Shown: positions 49,818-58,957 of the stretch, piece after piece
Layout of the letters: the number at the start of each line of letters is the position of its first letter
Position numbering within the stretch: the first letter of the stretch is position 1
Source of the DNA: a bacterium
Lineage (GTDB): Bacteria; SAR324; XYD2-FULL-50-16
Direction of reading: 5' to 3'
Length of the DNA stretch: 64,000 nucleotides
NCBI GenBank assembly: GCA_032250835.1
Contig: JAVVEA010000007.1
Coordinates: 32,001 to 96,000, forward strand
The notes under the pieces: generated by a model
Told to the model about the DNA's origin: nothing
Database searches by the model: none
The model's input: the letters and a program-made list of their open reading frames with translations, nothing else
Translations under genes and position numbers: made by a program

Positions 49818-51266
49818 ATGAATATCCGCTTTAAGCCCCTCAAACCCACCAAGAATCTGGTCGTTTTTTTTGACGCGAAAAAACACCTCTTGCTGCCCGA
49901 GGACTGGCCCAAAGAATGGACCCAGGCTTGGAAAAACTACCTCAAGCTGCCGGAGATCAAAGGAGAATCATCGGGGGTACACCGGCTTTTTGGGGAATTG
50001 TCCGAACGGGTCTATTTAGTGGGTCTGGGCAAAGCTCCGGTGATGCGCGAGCTAGGTGCCCAACTAGGCAAGCAACTGCAACAAACCGAATTTTCAGACC
50101 TCGCCTTAGCCCTGCCAAGTGACCGGAAACACCCTATTTCTAACGGCTTTGAGGCGTTTCTGGAAGGCTTTTTCTTAGCCCGCTACCGCTACCAGGAATA
50201 CAAAACCAAAGACCAGCCGAAAGACCAACTCAAAACCTTGACCCTCTTAGCGCCTAAGTCCAAAGAGCTGGAATCAGCAGGCCAAAAGGCTTGGATCTTG
50301 GCCGAAGCAACCAACGAGGCTCGGGACCTTTGCAACCGGCCGGGTAATTTAATGACCCCAACGCACCTCAAAGCTGCCTGCCAAGCGATGGCCAAGTCGG
50401 TCGGGCTCAGCTTCAGCGCCTTAACCGAAACCCAAATGGCCAAAGAAGGGATGGGGTGTCTCTTAGGGGTCTCCAAGGGATCCGAGGAGCCTGCCTTCCT
50501 CAACATCCTGCAATACAAAGGCGGCGGGGCCAAAGCGCCGACCTTGATGTTAGTCGGCAAGGGCCTGACCTTTGATGCGGGCGGCATCTCGCTGAAGCCC
50601 GCCGCCAACATGCACGAGATGAAATTTGACATGTGCGGCGGCGCGGCGGTTTATGGGGCCATGAAGATCATCGCCCAATTGGGGCCTAAGGTGAACGTAG
50701 TGGCCTTAATCCCTTCGAGCGAAAACCTACCTAGTGGGAGCGCCACCAAGCCCGGCGACATCTTGACTGCTTGCAACGGGACTACCGTAGAGGTGCAAAA
50801 CACCGATGCCGAAGGCCGTCTAATCTTGGCCGATGCCTTGGCTTATGGCCTCAAGCGGTTTAAGCCCGACGCGGTGGTGGACATTGCCACCCTGACCGGG
50901 GCCTGCGTGGTGGCTTTGGGGCATTACCACAGCGGCTTACAATCAAGCAGCGAATCGCTGGCCAAACAGATCGAAAAAGCCAGCCAGCAAACCGGTGACC
51001 CCGTCTGGCGCATGCCCCATGCCGATATTTATGACAAAGACTTGGACGGTACGGTCAGTGATCTGAAGAATATTGGCAGCAAAGGGGCGGGGATGATCAC
51101 CGCCGGGCTTTTTCTCAAGCGCTTTGTGGGCAAAACGCCCTGGGCCCATATCGATATCGCCGGGACCGCCTGGGGCGGCGACCGCATCCCCTTTTATCCC
51201 GCCCAAGGAGCCAGCGGCACCGCCGTGCGCCTCTTGGCCGAATTGGCGGTCCATTTTAAGCGGTAA
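49818..51266 (+). CDS. pepA: Leucyl aminopeptidase (M17)
   Basis: GKGLTFDAGGISLK, MKFDMCG, NTDAEGRL, ATLTGA. Confidence 0.96.
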   Translation: MNIRFKPLKPTKNLVVFFDAKKHLLLPEDWPKEWTQAWKNYLKLPEIKGESSGVHRLFGELSERVYLVGLGKAPVMRELGAQLGKQLQQTEFSDLALALPSDRKHPISNGFEAFLEGFFLARYRYQEYKTKDQPKDQLKTLTLLAPKSKELESAGQKAWILAEATNEARDLCNRPGNLMTPTHLKAACQAMAKSVGLSFSALTETQMAKEGMGCLLGVSKGSEEPAFLNILQYKGGGAKAPTLMLVGKGLTFDAGGISLKPAANMHEMKFDMCGGAAVYGAMKIIAQLGPKVNVVALIPSSENLPSGSATKPGDILTACNGTTVEVQNTDAEGRLILADALAYGLKRFKPDAVVDIATLTGACVVALGHYHSGLQSSSESLAKQIEKASQQTGDPVWRMPHADIYDKDLDGTVSDLKNIGSKGAGMITAGLFLKRFVGKTPWAHIDIAGTAWGGDRIPFYPAQGASGTAVRLLAELAVHFKR

Positions 51267-51268
51267 CG

Positions 51269-51562
51269 ATGCCTCAAATCACCACGCCCGCAGCGCAGGG
51301 CGGCGATAAATGTTATCTCTGTGGGCGCGAATTTTCCTCCGAAGAGCCGGGTGTTTTGCGCCCGGTCTTGATCGCCCAAGGCGATGCCCAGGGTATCCGA
51401 GAAAGTGGGCACCAACAAACCACTATCATCACCCTGCGCTCCGAGCGCCGCATTTGCAAAGACTGCGACCGCCCTCGCCAAGGCCCCCGTTGGTGGGCTT
51501 TGGCGGGGTTGCTGTTGGGGTTATCCCTGGCACTGGGCCTATTTTTGTATTGGCGTCAGTAG
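51269..51562 (+). CDS. Hypothetical protein with two CxxC motifs and a C-terminal TM anchor
   Basis: CYLC...CKDC plus hydrophobic tail; starts 2 nt after the pepA stop. Confidence 0.6.
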   Translation: MPQITTPAAQGGDKCYLCGREFSSEEPGVLRPVLIAQGDAQGIRESGHQQTTIITLRSERRICKDCDRPRQGPRWWALAGLLLGLSLALGLFLYWRQ

Positions 51563-52182
51563 GTCCGAAACACCGCCTTGACGATGCCTTGGATGCTCAC
51601 TTCGTTAGCGTCTACATAGATGGGCTTCATATTTTGGTTGGCCGGTTGCAGGCGGATTTGGCGGCCTTCGCGGTAGAAACGTTTGACTGTGGCTTCCTTA
51701 AAATGCAGCATGGCGATCACCAGATCCCCGTTGTCCGCCACTTCGCGCTTTTCGACGACCACATAATCACCGTCCAAAATTGCTTCGTCGATCATCGAAT
51801 CTCCCCGCACCCGCAGCAAATAACTACGGTCTGGCCGCTGCACCATCGATTCAGGCAGGGTCATGAACTCGTTTTCCGTAAAGTGCTCAATCGGCAGGCC
51901 CGCCGCCACACTACCCAAGAGCGGCAATTCCACCACCGCAGGTTGCGTCAGCGGAGCCACCGGGGTTGGTTCGCCCTTAAGTACGCGGATCGAGCGGGAG
52001 ACATTGGGGTCTAAAGAGATGTACTCTTTCTCGACCAAGTTCTTCAGGTGTTTGTGCACCCCGCCAGCGCTGGCCAGATCAAAATGGGCGGCAATATCGC
52101 GCACCGAAGGGGGGTAGTGGTGGTCTTCGATATATTCACGGATATAATCGAAGATGGCCTCTTGTTTACGGGTCAACGACAT
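51556..52182 (-). CDS. lexA: SOS repressor LexA
   Basis: YPPSVRDIA HTH, VAAG cleavage site, GDSM Ser, TVK Lys. Confidence 0.97.
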   Translation of the reverse strand: MSLTRKQEAIFDYIREYIEDHHYPPSVRDIAAHFDLASAGGVHKHLKNLVEKEYISLDPNVSRSIRVLKGEPTPVAPLTQPAVVELPLLGSVAAGLPIEHFTENEFMTLPESMVQRPDRSYLLRVRGDSMIDEAILDGDYVVVEKREVADNGDLVIAMLHFKEATVKRFYREGRQIRLQPANQNMKPIYVDANEVSIQGIVKAVFRTY

Positions 52183-52194
52183 AGGGGCTCCTAG

Positions 52195-52239
52195 GGTGAT
52201 GTTTTGTTCACCTTAGAACATATGTCCACCTAGCGTCAA
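52195..52239 (-). promoter_or_regulatory. lexA promoter with two tandem putative LexA operators
   Basis: TTGACG-N18-TAAGGT overlapped by GGTGGAC-ATAT-GTTCTAA and GGTGAAC-AAAA-CATCACC. Confidence 0.65.
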
Positions 52240-52244
52240 GTACC

Positions 52245-52607
52245 TCACTTTTTTATCGGCTCCATCATCCCGAAGATCAAGCCATCGGGCCCGGCAGCAT
52301 AACAATGCCGCCCTACACCGGGGATTTCCAACGGGTCGGTAACCAACTGCCCCCCAAGGGACAGAACCCGGTCGCGCTTAAAGTCCAAGTCCTCGACTTC
52401 GATGGTGTTGATCACCCCTTGTCGGCCCCAGGCACGACCAATGGCCCCGTTGATGCCCGGTTGGTCCTCTTCTTTGGTTTGGGTCAGATAATAGGGACGC
52501 GGAGCCCCTTCAAAGGCCTGGGGTTGCCAATCAAAGAGCCGTTGAAAAAACTGGGCCCCTGCTTGGGGGTCTTCGAGCCAAAACTCAAAATATACTAATG
52601 GGTCCAT
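52245..52607 (-). CDS. VOC/glyoxalase family protein
   Basis: VYFE...D......F...LF.W, GINGAI, I.V.DLD, GG......IPGVG...PDG..FG. Confidence 0.88.
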   Translation of the reverse strand: MDPLVYFEFWLEDPQAGAQFFQRLFDWQPQAFEGAPRPYYLTQTKEEDQPGINGAIGRAWGRQGVINTIEVEDLDFKRDRVLSLGGQLVTDPLEIPGVGRHCYAAGPDGLIFGMMEPIKK

Positions 52608-52661
52608 TTCACCTCCTGATCGATTCCTACTCCCCCTTTGGATTATACCAAGCCAAAGGCC

Positions 52662-52698
52662 AAAAAAAAAGGGCTCCTGCCTTGGCGGCAGGAGCCCT
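52662..52698 (-). terminator. Rho-independent terminator
   Basis: AGGGCTCCTGCC-N5-GGCAGGAGCCCT followed by a T-run on the minus strand. Confidence 0.85.
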
Positions 52699-52733
52699 CA
52701 GTTTTCAGACCGAAACTTACCGTAAATTCAGGA

Positions 52734-53531
52734 CTAAGGTCCGTAGAACTCGAAGATATGGTCGCGTAGCTTTTTCCAAATTTCGTAAATCGGCTCGCGC
52801 GGCATTTCTTCCCATTCCATCAACTGCAAGATGTAGCGCTTGATCTTGCCTCGGGTCATGGTCCGGTCTTCCCAGACCGCGTAGATATCTTCTTCTTCTT
52901 GGGTCAACTGCTTTCCGTCCAACTTACGGCGGTAAAGGAACTTCAAGGCCGAGTCGGGATATTTGTGGACAAAGTCGATCAGTGCCCCGGCGGTGATTTC
53001 GCCGGAACCATAGACCACATCGTCTTCGCCTTCGGTGATCTCTAGGCCCGAGTCGAAGTCCACGTCCTCTAAGTCCAGTTCGTCGATCGCCTCGACCTGC
53101 GGCTCTTTGACCGTTCGAGGCGGTGGCGGGGAAATATGCTCTGAGCCGACCTCTTCGACGCTGGCCACGGGGCTGGAAATACTAGACTCCGGCGGATGGG
53201 CTGCGGCATCGCGGGGCGCTTCGCGCACCGGAGCTTCTTCGCGGGGTACCGCGGCGGCGAGCCGTCTCGGAGTCCGCTCCTCATTGGGCAACAAGACCAT
53301 CACCAGGAAACTGGTCGAACTGATCAAAAAGGCGACTGAAAAGATCAGCCCCTTTTTGTTGCGGTCATATTTGTAGCTGTTCAATATCTGGGTACGCGGT
53401 TCATAGCCGTTGGCCACCAAGATATACTTGCTGTTCATCTCACTGAAAAAGTGCATCGTCGCCAATAATGCCAGCGCGATCACCCCCACCAAAGTGAGTA
53501 AAAAGATGGATGAATCTCTTGATTTTCTCAT
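52734..53531 (-). CDS. Hypothetical 2-TM protein with acidic linker, 265 aa
   Basis: ATG at 53531 with GAGGGA RBS, downstream of a sigma28 promoter; two TM helices, Pro/acidic linker, helical C-domain. Confidence 0.75.
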   Translation of the reverse strand: MRKSRDSSIFLLTLVGVIALALLATMHFFSEMNSKYILVANGYEPRTQILNSYKYDRNKKGLIFSVAFLISSTSFLVMVLLPNEERTPRRLAAAVPREEAPVREAPRDAAAHPPESSISSPVASVEEVGSEHISPPPPRTVKEPQVEAIDELDLEDVDFDSGLEITEGEDDVVYGSGEITAGALIDFVHKYPDSALKFLYRRKLDGKQLTQEEEDIYAVWEDRTMTRGKIKRYILQLMEWEEMPREPIYEIWKKLRDHIFEFYGP

Positions 53532-53565
53532 GGTTAGTCCCTCATTGGGTTTCGGTTCTACCTTC

Positions 53566-53592
53566 TTATCGGCAGCAATGCGCAGAACTTTA
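53566..53592 (-). promoter_or_regulatory. Sigma28 (FliA) promoter
   Basis: TAAAGTTC-N11-GCCGATAA, essentially the consensus TAAAGTTT-N11-GCCGATAA. Confidence 0.85.
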
Positions 53593-53707
53593 GGCCTTTG
53601 GCTGTTTAATCTGAGGCCGCTATCTTTTCCAAACTCACGGTGGCACAAGCTTGCTGTTTTAGTTGCAAAGCGGTATAGATAGCGAAAAATTTTCTGAAGT
53701 TGGCTAC

Positions 53708-54535
53708 ATGGTAGACAAAAAGTTCCCCAAAAAAAGTACCGGCGTGCTGCAAGCGCCGCCCGCGAAAAAGAGCAAGGGCAAGAAGGGCTGCCTCTTTTGG
53801 TTAGTTCTCTTGGTCTTGATCGCCGGGGGCCTGTTTGCCTTCCAAAAGGAGCGCCTTAAAACTTGGGCACCGGCTTTAGTTCCGAGCATCGAGCGCATGG
53901 ACGCCCTCTTAAAAAGCTTTGATCCGACCTTTGGCCTCTTCAAATCCGAACCGCCTCCGGTGATTGAAGCCCTGCCCATGATCGAGATTGAGTTGCCGCC
54001 AGCACCGGAGCCCAAACCGACACCCAAGCCGAAGCTTTTGCCCATAGTTGGTGAAAAACTCAACTATATCCGCGTGGGCGGGTGCATGGATAAAGAATGT
54101 AGGGTGCAGTTGCTGCGCGAGATCGAATCGCTCAACTTACCGACTCTGGTCAAGCGCTACCGCCGCCAGACGTTATATTGGGAGTTGGTCTCTAAAACCG
54201 CCATGAACCGCTCAAATGCCGAGAACCGCTTGGTGGAAATTGAGCGCCATGCGCTGAGCGCACCGCCACCGACCTTGACCAAACACCGTGGGGAATACCG
54301 CATCAGCCTGGGTGAATATCCCGACAAGACTTCGGCAGTCCAGATGCGGAGCTATCTGGCTCAGTTATATCCCGATGTGGATTTGCCCTTTGACTTGGTG
54401 CCGCGCCAACGGCATTTTGATATGGTCTATATCTATGCTGGACCGTTCACTTCGCGTTTTAACGCAGAGAGCGTAGCCGAGTTGATCCGGGACAAGCGGT
54501 TTGTGCAGGAAACCTTTGTGACCGCCGATCCTTAA
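53708..54535 (+). CDS. Membrane-anchored SPOR-domain protein
   Basis: Basic N-terminus plus TM, Pro linker, YRISLGEYPDK..A and YAGPF.SR..AE SPOR-like motifs. Confidence 0.65.
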   Translation: MVDKKFPKKSTGVLQAPPAKKSKGKKGCLFWLVLLVLIAGGLFAFQKERLKTWAPALVPSIERMDALLKSFDPTFGLFKSEPPPVIEALPMIEIELPPAPEPKPTPKPKLLPIVGEKLNYIRVGGCMDKECRVQLLREIESLNLPTLVKRYRRQTLYWELVSKTAMNRSNAENRLVEIERHALSAPPPTLTKHRGEYRISLGEYPDKTSAVQMRSYLAQLYPDVDLPFDLVPRQRHFDMVYIYAGPFTSRFNAESVAELIRDKRFVQETFVTADP

Positions 54536-54855
54536 CGGACCTCGATGGTCAACTGCATCTGGGGGTGGATGGCGCAGTTCACCTGAACCTCGCCTTTGCG
54601 GTCAAAGGTGACCGACTTGCCGGGGCCCTTGCCGTAGCTGCCTAGGTCAAAGGTCTTGGCTTCGGAAAGGGAGTAGACGTTATGGTAGACGTCATCTTGG
54701 TTGGGGAATTCAACCCTATCACCTTGCTGGATCACCAAGTGTTTAACCGAGAAAGCCTTGTTCTTTTGGACTACCTTGAAAACCTCTTCGGCCTTCACCA
54801 GTCCAACAAGGCCCAAGACGCAGGCCGACAGAATTAACAGTTTCGGTGCTTTCAT
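54532..54855 (-). CDS. Periplasmic cupredoxin (plastocyanin/azurin family)
   Basis: Signal peptide; F.N.D...HNVYS, CAIHPQM copper ligands. Confidence 0.88.
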   Translation of the reverse strand: MKAPKLLILSACVLGLVGLVKAEEVFKVVQKNKAFSVKHLVIQQGDRVEFPNQDDVYHNVYSLSEAKTFDLGSYGKGPGKSVTFDRKGEVQVNCAIHPQMQLTIEVR

Positions 54856-54981
54856 GTTTTTTTTGGGATTGTGCGCTACTGAATATAGCAGCCGGTCAAC
54901 CACTTGTCCAACCATTTCCCGCCAGAACCGCAAGGGCCCTTTTGTGAGCCCAAACCAACAACCCCTATTTCGACGATTTTC

Positions 54982-56484
54982 ATGAGCCAAGACCAAGGGA
55001 AACCACAAGTTTGGGGCGGCCGACTGGCCGAGTCCCCCGCGCAAGCCAACGTTCGTTTTTGCGCCGGCCGCGACGTGAGCGCGTTGCCCATGGCGGACCA
55101 AGATTTGGTCTTTTGGGACATCTGGACCAACCTAGCCCATGCCAAGATGCTCAGCGAAGTCGGGGTTTTAAATAACGAAGAGTACCGCCAAATCTACAAC
55201 GCCCTCAAAAGCCTAGACCCCGACCAATTTGTTTTAGACCCCGGCAAAGAAGATGTACACATCAACCTAGAGCACTACCTAACCTACCAATGCGGGATCG
55301 AGGCAGGCAAAAAAATCCACTCCGGGCGCAGCCGCAACGACCAAGTGGCCACCGACATGCGCCTCTACCTTCGTGACCGGCTGCTGCATTTTACGGGGCA
55401 CTTAAGCGAGCTGGCCCTAGCGGTAATCGAGCGCGCCGAAGGGCTCAAAGAAGCGGTCATGCCGGGCTTCACCCATTACCAACCCGGCATGCCCACCACC
55501 GCGGCCCATTGGCTGACCGCCTGGAGCCAAGCCTTGCTGCGCGATTTAAACGCGCTGATGGACAATTTTAAAGGGATGAACCGCTGCCCCTTGGGCTCTG
55601 CGGCGAGCTTCGGGACCAGTTGGCCCATCGACCGGGAGCGGACCGCCGAATTATTGGCCTTCGACGGCGTCGAGGAAAACAGCCTAGACGCCATCAGCAG
55701 CCGTGGGGAACAAGAAGCCCGAGTGGCCGCCAGCATCGCCGTGGCCATGAACCATCTAAGCCAAATCAGCCAAGACCTGATCCTCTGGTCTACGCCTTTT
55801 TACGGGTTCGCTAAGGTCGCCGACCGGTTCGTTACCGGCAGCAGCATCATGCCCCAAAAGCGCAACCCCGACTTTGCCGAGATCATCCGCGCCAAAGCGG
55901 CCCAGACTACAGGCAGTCTGACCTCGTTGCTGGGCATCGCCAAGGGGGCCATGTCGGGCTACAACCGCGACAGCCAACAGACCAAATACTTGATCATGGA
56001 CCTCTTCCGCGAAGTAATGGACGCACCGTTGATCTTAGCGGGGGTGGTCGAAAGCTTGACCTTTGACGAAGCAGCCATGCGCGCCGCCTGCAATAAAGAC
56101 TTCCTCAACGCCGCAGACGTCGCCGACTTCTTGGCCCAGCGTTTTTCCTTAAGCTTCCGCGACTGTTACGAGGTGTTGTCCCTGGCGGTGAAGTATTCTT
56201 CTGAAGAATCGGGCCAACTGACGCTGGGCGGCTTGCAGCGAGCGGTAACCGAGCGAGGCTTGGCGGACCAAGTGGTCCTCGACGCGAGCGAAGTAGCGCG
56301 GCTCAATGATGCGGTCCAGCTGCTCAAGGAAAAAACCCACACCGGGGCCCCTTCGCCCGAAGCGGTCGCCCAGCTGATCCAGCGCCAGCGCGAACAATTG
56401 GGCCAACTGCAAGAGCAACTGGGCCAATTAAAGATGAAGTTGGCGGTGCGCGAGGTAGAAGCGCTGGTGGCGCTGAGGCCTTAA
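54982..56484 (+). CDS. argH: Argininosuccinate lyase
   Basis: WGGR, EDVH, HSGRSRNDQVATD.RLY, GSSIMPQKRNPD. Confidence 0.95.
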   Translation: MSQDQGKPQVWGGRLAESPAQANVRFCAGRDVSALPMADQDLVFWDIWTNLAHAKMLSEVGVLNNEEYRQIYNALKSLDPDQFVLDPGKEDVHINLEHYLTYQCGIEAGKKIHSGRSRNDQVATDMRLYLRDRLLHFTGHLSELALAVIERAEGLKEAVMPGFTHYQPGMPTTAAHWLTAWSQALLRDLNALMDNFKGMNRCPLGSAASFGTSWPIDRERTAELLAFDGVEENSLDAISSRGEQEARVAASIAVAMNHLSQISQDLILWSTPFYGFAKVADRFVTGSSIMPQKRNPDFAEIIRAKAAQTTGSLTSLLGIAKGAMSGYNRDSQQTKYLIMDLFREVMDAPLILAGVVESLTFDEAAMRAACNKDFLNAADVADFLAQRFSLSFRDCYEVLSLAVKYSSEESGQLTLGGLQRAVTERGLADQVVLDASEVARLNDAVQLLKEKTHTGAPSPEAVAQLIQRQREQLGQLQEQLGQLKMKLAVREVEALVALRP

Positions 56485-58763
56485 GAAGCCGTTGCCCGTT
56501 GGTGGGCCAAGTCGCTGATCAGCTTTTGTAGCTGGGTCACATTGATCCGGCTCGCCGGATCGGGCACCTTTTCTCGTCCTTTGATCCGCAAATCGTTAGT
56601 GGGCACCGGATTGACCACCGAGTTCAAGGCTAACAGGGCCTTGGCCAAGGGCGGCTGGAGCGGGACCGACTTGGGGTTGAGCGGCGAAGTCACCTTAAGT
56701 TGCAGGAGATGGAACAGCGTTGCGTTGGTCAAGGAAAGCTCAAAGAGGTCGCTCACCGGAATCAAGTGCTGCAACACCACCAACTTGGAGGTGAAAAGAT
56801 CGGGCTTTAGCTGGGCCAATTTTGCCTTGAGCCGCTCGATCATCATCTTGTTTTCCTCCAACTCCTCTTGACTCAACTCCAGTTTAACGCCGTCTTCAGG
56901 GGAAGATTTTTTTAGCGACTGGATCAGCTTCGTCTTGTCTTGGATGCTCGGGTGCAGGACCTCAAAGAGGGCGGCATAGAGCGGTTCCAGATCTTTGAGA
57001 TAGTCTTTTTCTAATTCGTCGACCACAAAGGCGGTAAACTCGGCCAAGAAGACTTCTTCGGAGTCCAGCTGGTTAGCCAGCTGGGTGATCAACCCGGCAG
57101 AAACGCCCTTTTTGCGGGCCTGCTCGCGGGCCACTTCTTCGAACAATGCCTTCAAGCGCCGTTTTTGGGTCGCGAGGTCGGCCATGGCATCGGCCAGGAT
57201 CGACTTACCCCGTTCTTCCACCTGGGTCTTAAATTTCTCGATGTCCGCTTCAAAGACTTGGGCGCTATCTTCTTGCTTCATGCGGCGCAATTTTTTGACC
57301 TTACGGTCCATTTCCCGCAATTTCTTTTCCGCCTGTTTTTTCAGTTCCACCACCCGGTTCTGGGCCAGGGCCTTGTCCCCTAAAACCCGCTCTTTAAAGC
57401 GCTCCAGCAGCAATTTGCGGGAGTGGCGCTGGGCGTCGGAACAGAGCATCATCTGGTTGAGCAGGAACATCATGCCGTAATAACGGAAGGATTTGTCCAC
57501 ATGGGGGCGCTCCCATTCAGGTTCGCCTTCTTCGGCCGGAGCCGGAGCCGGTTCGGGGGCTTCTGCGGCCTCAGTAGCGCCTTCTTCTCCTGTTTCATTA
57601 GGCACCGGGACAGCTGCCGGCGGTAGTGGGCGGATGTCGAATAGATAAAGCTTGAGGAACTCGCCCCACTCGCTATTTAATTCCGGTACGCGGTCGATGC
57701 GAAAGGTGAGGGCATGGCGCTGGATCATCGCCAAATTATAACTCCAAGATTCATAGATCGCTTTCGCACCGTCTATACGGATCTTCGGCGGGTCGGCGTC
57801 ACGCTTTTTTACATATTCCTGGTAGGGAGCCCCGAAGGCTTTTTTGGTACGGTCCGTCTCAAAACTGCCCAGGAAGATATTTTTGTTTTCAATCGCCTTG
57901 GCGATGGCCGGACGGAAGATGTCGCTTAAGTAGCGGATGGCTCGCTTGTTGGGCGTCGAAAAGACCAAAAGGGCGAAGTATTTAAAGAGGAACTGCTCGG
58001 TCGCTTCGTAGATCAGGTGATAAAGGTAGAGGGTCTTGACCTGATCATCAAAGGACTCCGCCCCAAAGGCGTCATCGAAGGTGTCTTGTTCTTGGGTGGC
58101 GTCTTTGCTGAGCGAGGCTTTACCGAACTTGAAGGGAACAAAGTTTTCGACAAACTTATTTAGGTCGTTTTTCAGGGGCTCTAAAGCGGCAGCCACTTCC
58201 TGATACTCCGAGTTTTCTTCGATTTTGCGTAGGTAAAAACAAAGCTTGTTGGCGTCCCAGTTGGTCGGGTCAGCGTAGAAACAGACCACTTTGAACATCA
58301 ACTTGGCCACGAGACCCTCAGAGTGTCGCGGTGTGGCGACCCCTTTTTCGCGGATCATTTTGGCGTTGAGCAAGAACTTGATCGGTGTCCACTGGATGAT
58401 GAAAGCGTCAAGATTGGGCGGCAGACTGACCACCTCTCCTTCGCCGGCTGTCTCGGGTAGGTCGGGGATGCCGGTTTTAACGCCGCCTTTACTTTTGACG
58501 TCTGCTGCAGAAGCCTTAAAAGTAGACCAAAAAGCCTTGCGTGCTGTTTTTGAGGTGAATCTCAAGGCCGACTGGGTGGCCTTCATCTGCTCAGCCAAGC
58601 TGGCTTCGCCGAGTAGGTGGAAACTCTTTTCTGTGCTTTTGATCTTCTTGAAATAGATCCACTTCGCGCCCAGCATTCGTTCTGCGCTGAGCTTCAAGAG
58701 GGACATCCGGTCTGCCGGACTCTGCCTTGAAAGGGGCTTCTTTTTCTTGAGGAAGTCGATCAT
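56481..58763 (-). CDS. Large hypothetical helical/coiled-coil protein, 760 aa
   Basis: Long ORF with host-like codon usage; no recognised family. Confidence 0.8.
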   Translation of the reverse strand: MIDFLKKKKPLSRQSPADRMSLLKLSAERMLGAKWIYFKKIKSTEKSFHLLGEASLAEQMKATQSALRFTSKTARKAFWSTFKASAADVKSKGGVKTGIPDLPETAGEGEVVSLPPNLDAFIIQWTPIKFLLNAKMIREKGVATPRHSEGLVAKLMFKVVCFYADPTNWDANKLCFYLRKIEENSEYQEVAAALEPLKNDLNKFVENFVPFKFGKASLSKDATQEQDTFDDAFGAESFDDQVKTLYLYHLIYEATEQFLFKYFALLVFSTPNKRAIRYLSDIFRPAIAKAIENKNIFLGSFETDRTKKAFGAPYQEYVKKRDADPPKIRIDGAKAIYESWSYNLAMIQRHALTFRIDRVPELNSEWGEFLKLYLFDIRPLPPAAVPVPNETGEEGATEAAEAPEPAPAPAEEGEPEWERPHVDKSFRYYGMMFLLNQMMLCSDAQRHSRKLLLERFKERVLGDKALAQNRVVELKKQAEKKLREMDRKVKKLRRMKQEDSAQVFEADIEKFKTQVEERGKSILADAMADLATQKRRLKALFEEVAREQARKKGVSAGLITQLANQLDSEEVFLAEFTAFVVDELEKDYLKDLEPLYAALFEVLHPSIQDKTKLIQSLKKSSPEDGVKLELSQEELEENKMMIERLKAKLAQLKPDLFTSKLVVLQHLIPVSDLFELSLTNATLFHLLQLKVTSPLNPKSVPLQPPLAKALLALNSVVNPVPTNDLRIKGREKVPDPASRINVTQLQKLISDLAHQRATAS

Positions 58764-58824
58764 ACCAACCTAGCGGTTTGGGTTCGGAGGTCCCCCTCGA
58801 GTAGGGGATCGTCCTGCGGGCCGA

Positions 58825-58842
58825 TGCAGAGATCATGCCTAG
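58825..58842 (-). promoter_or_regulatory. Possible sigma54 promoter
   Basis: CTAGGCATGATCTCTGCA gives GG-N10-GC, about 60 nt upstream of the 760-aa ORF. Confidence 0.4.
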
Positions 58843-58957
58843 TAGTTAAGCCTGCCAGCGCCCCCGCCTAGCGGAGGCTTCCCTAAAAGTCCAAAAAAAC
58901 TGGCCAAATTCCTGCGAGCCCGCTAATATTGCCCCTAATCCCCCAAGTGATGGAACG

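Noticed and set aside
51310-52014. 234-aa plus-strand ORF overlapping lexA
   Set aside because: Antisense to lexA and out of frame with the 97-aa gene; no recognisable motifs.
53641-53655. TGGCAC-AAGC-TTGCT as a sigma54 promoter
   Set aside because: GG-to-GC spacing is 9 nt, not the required 10.
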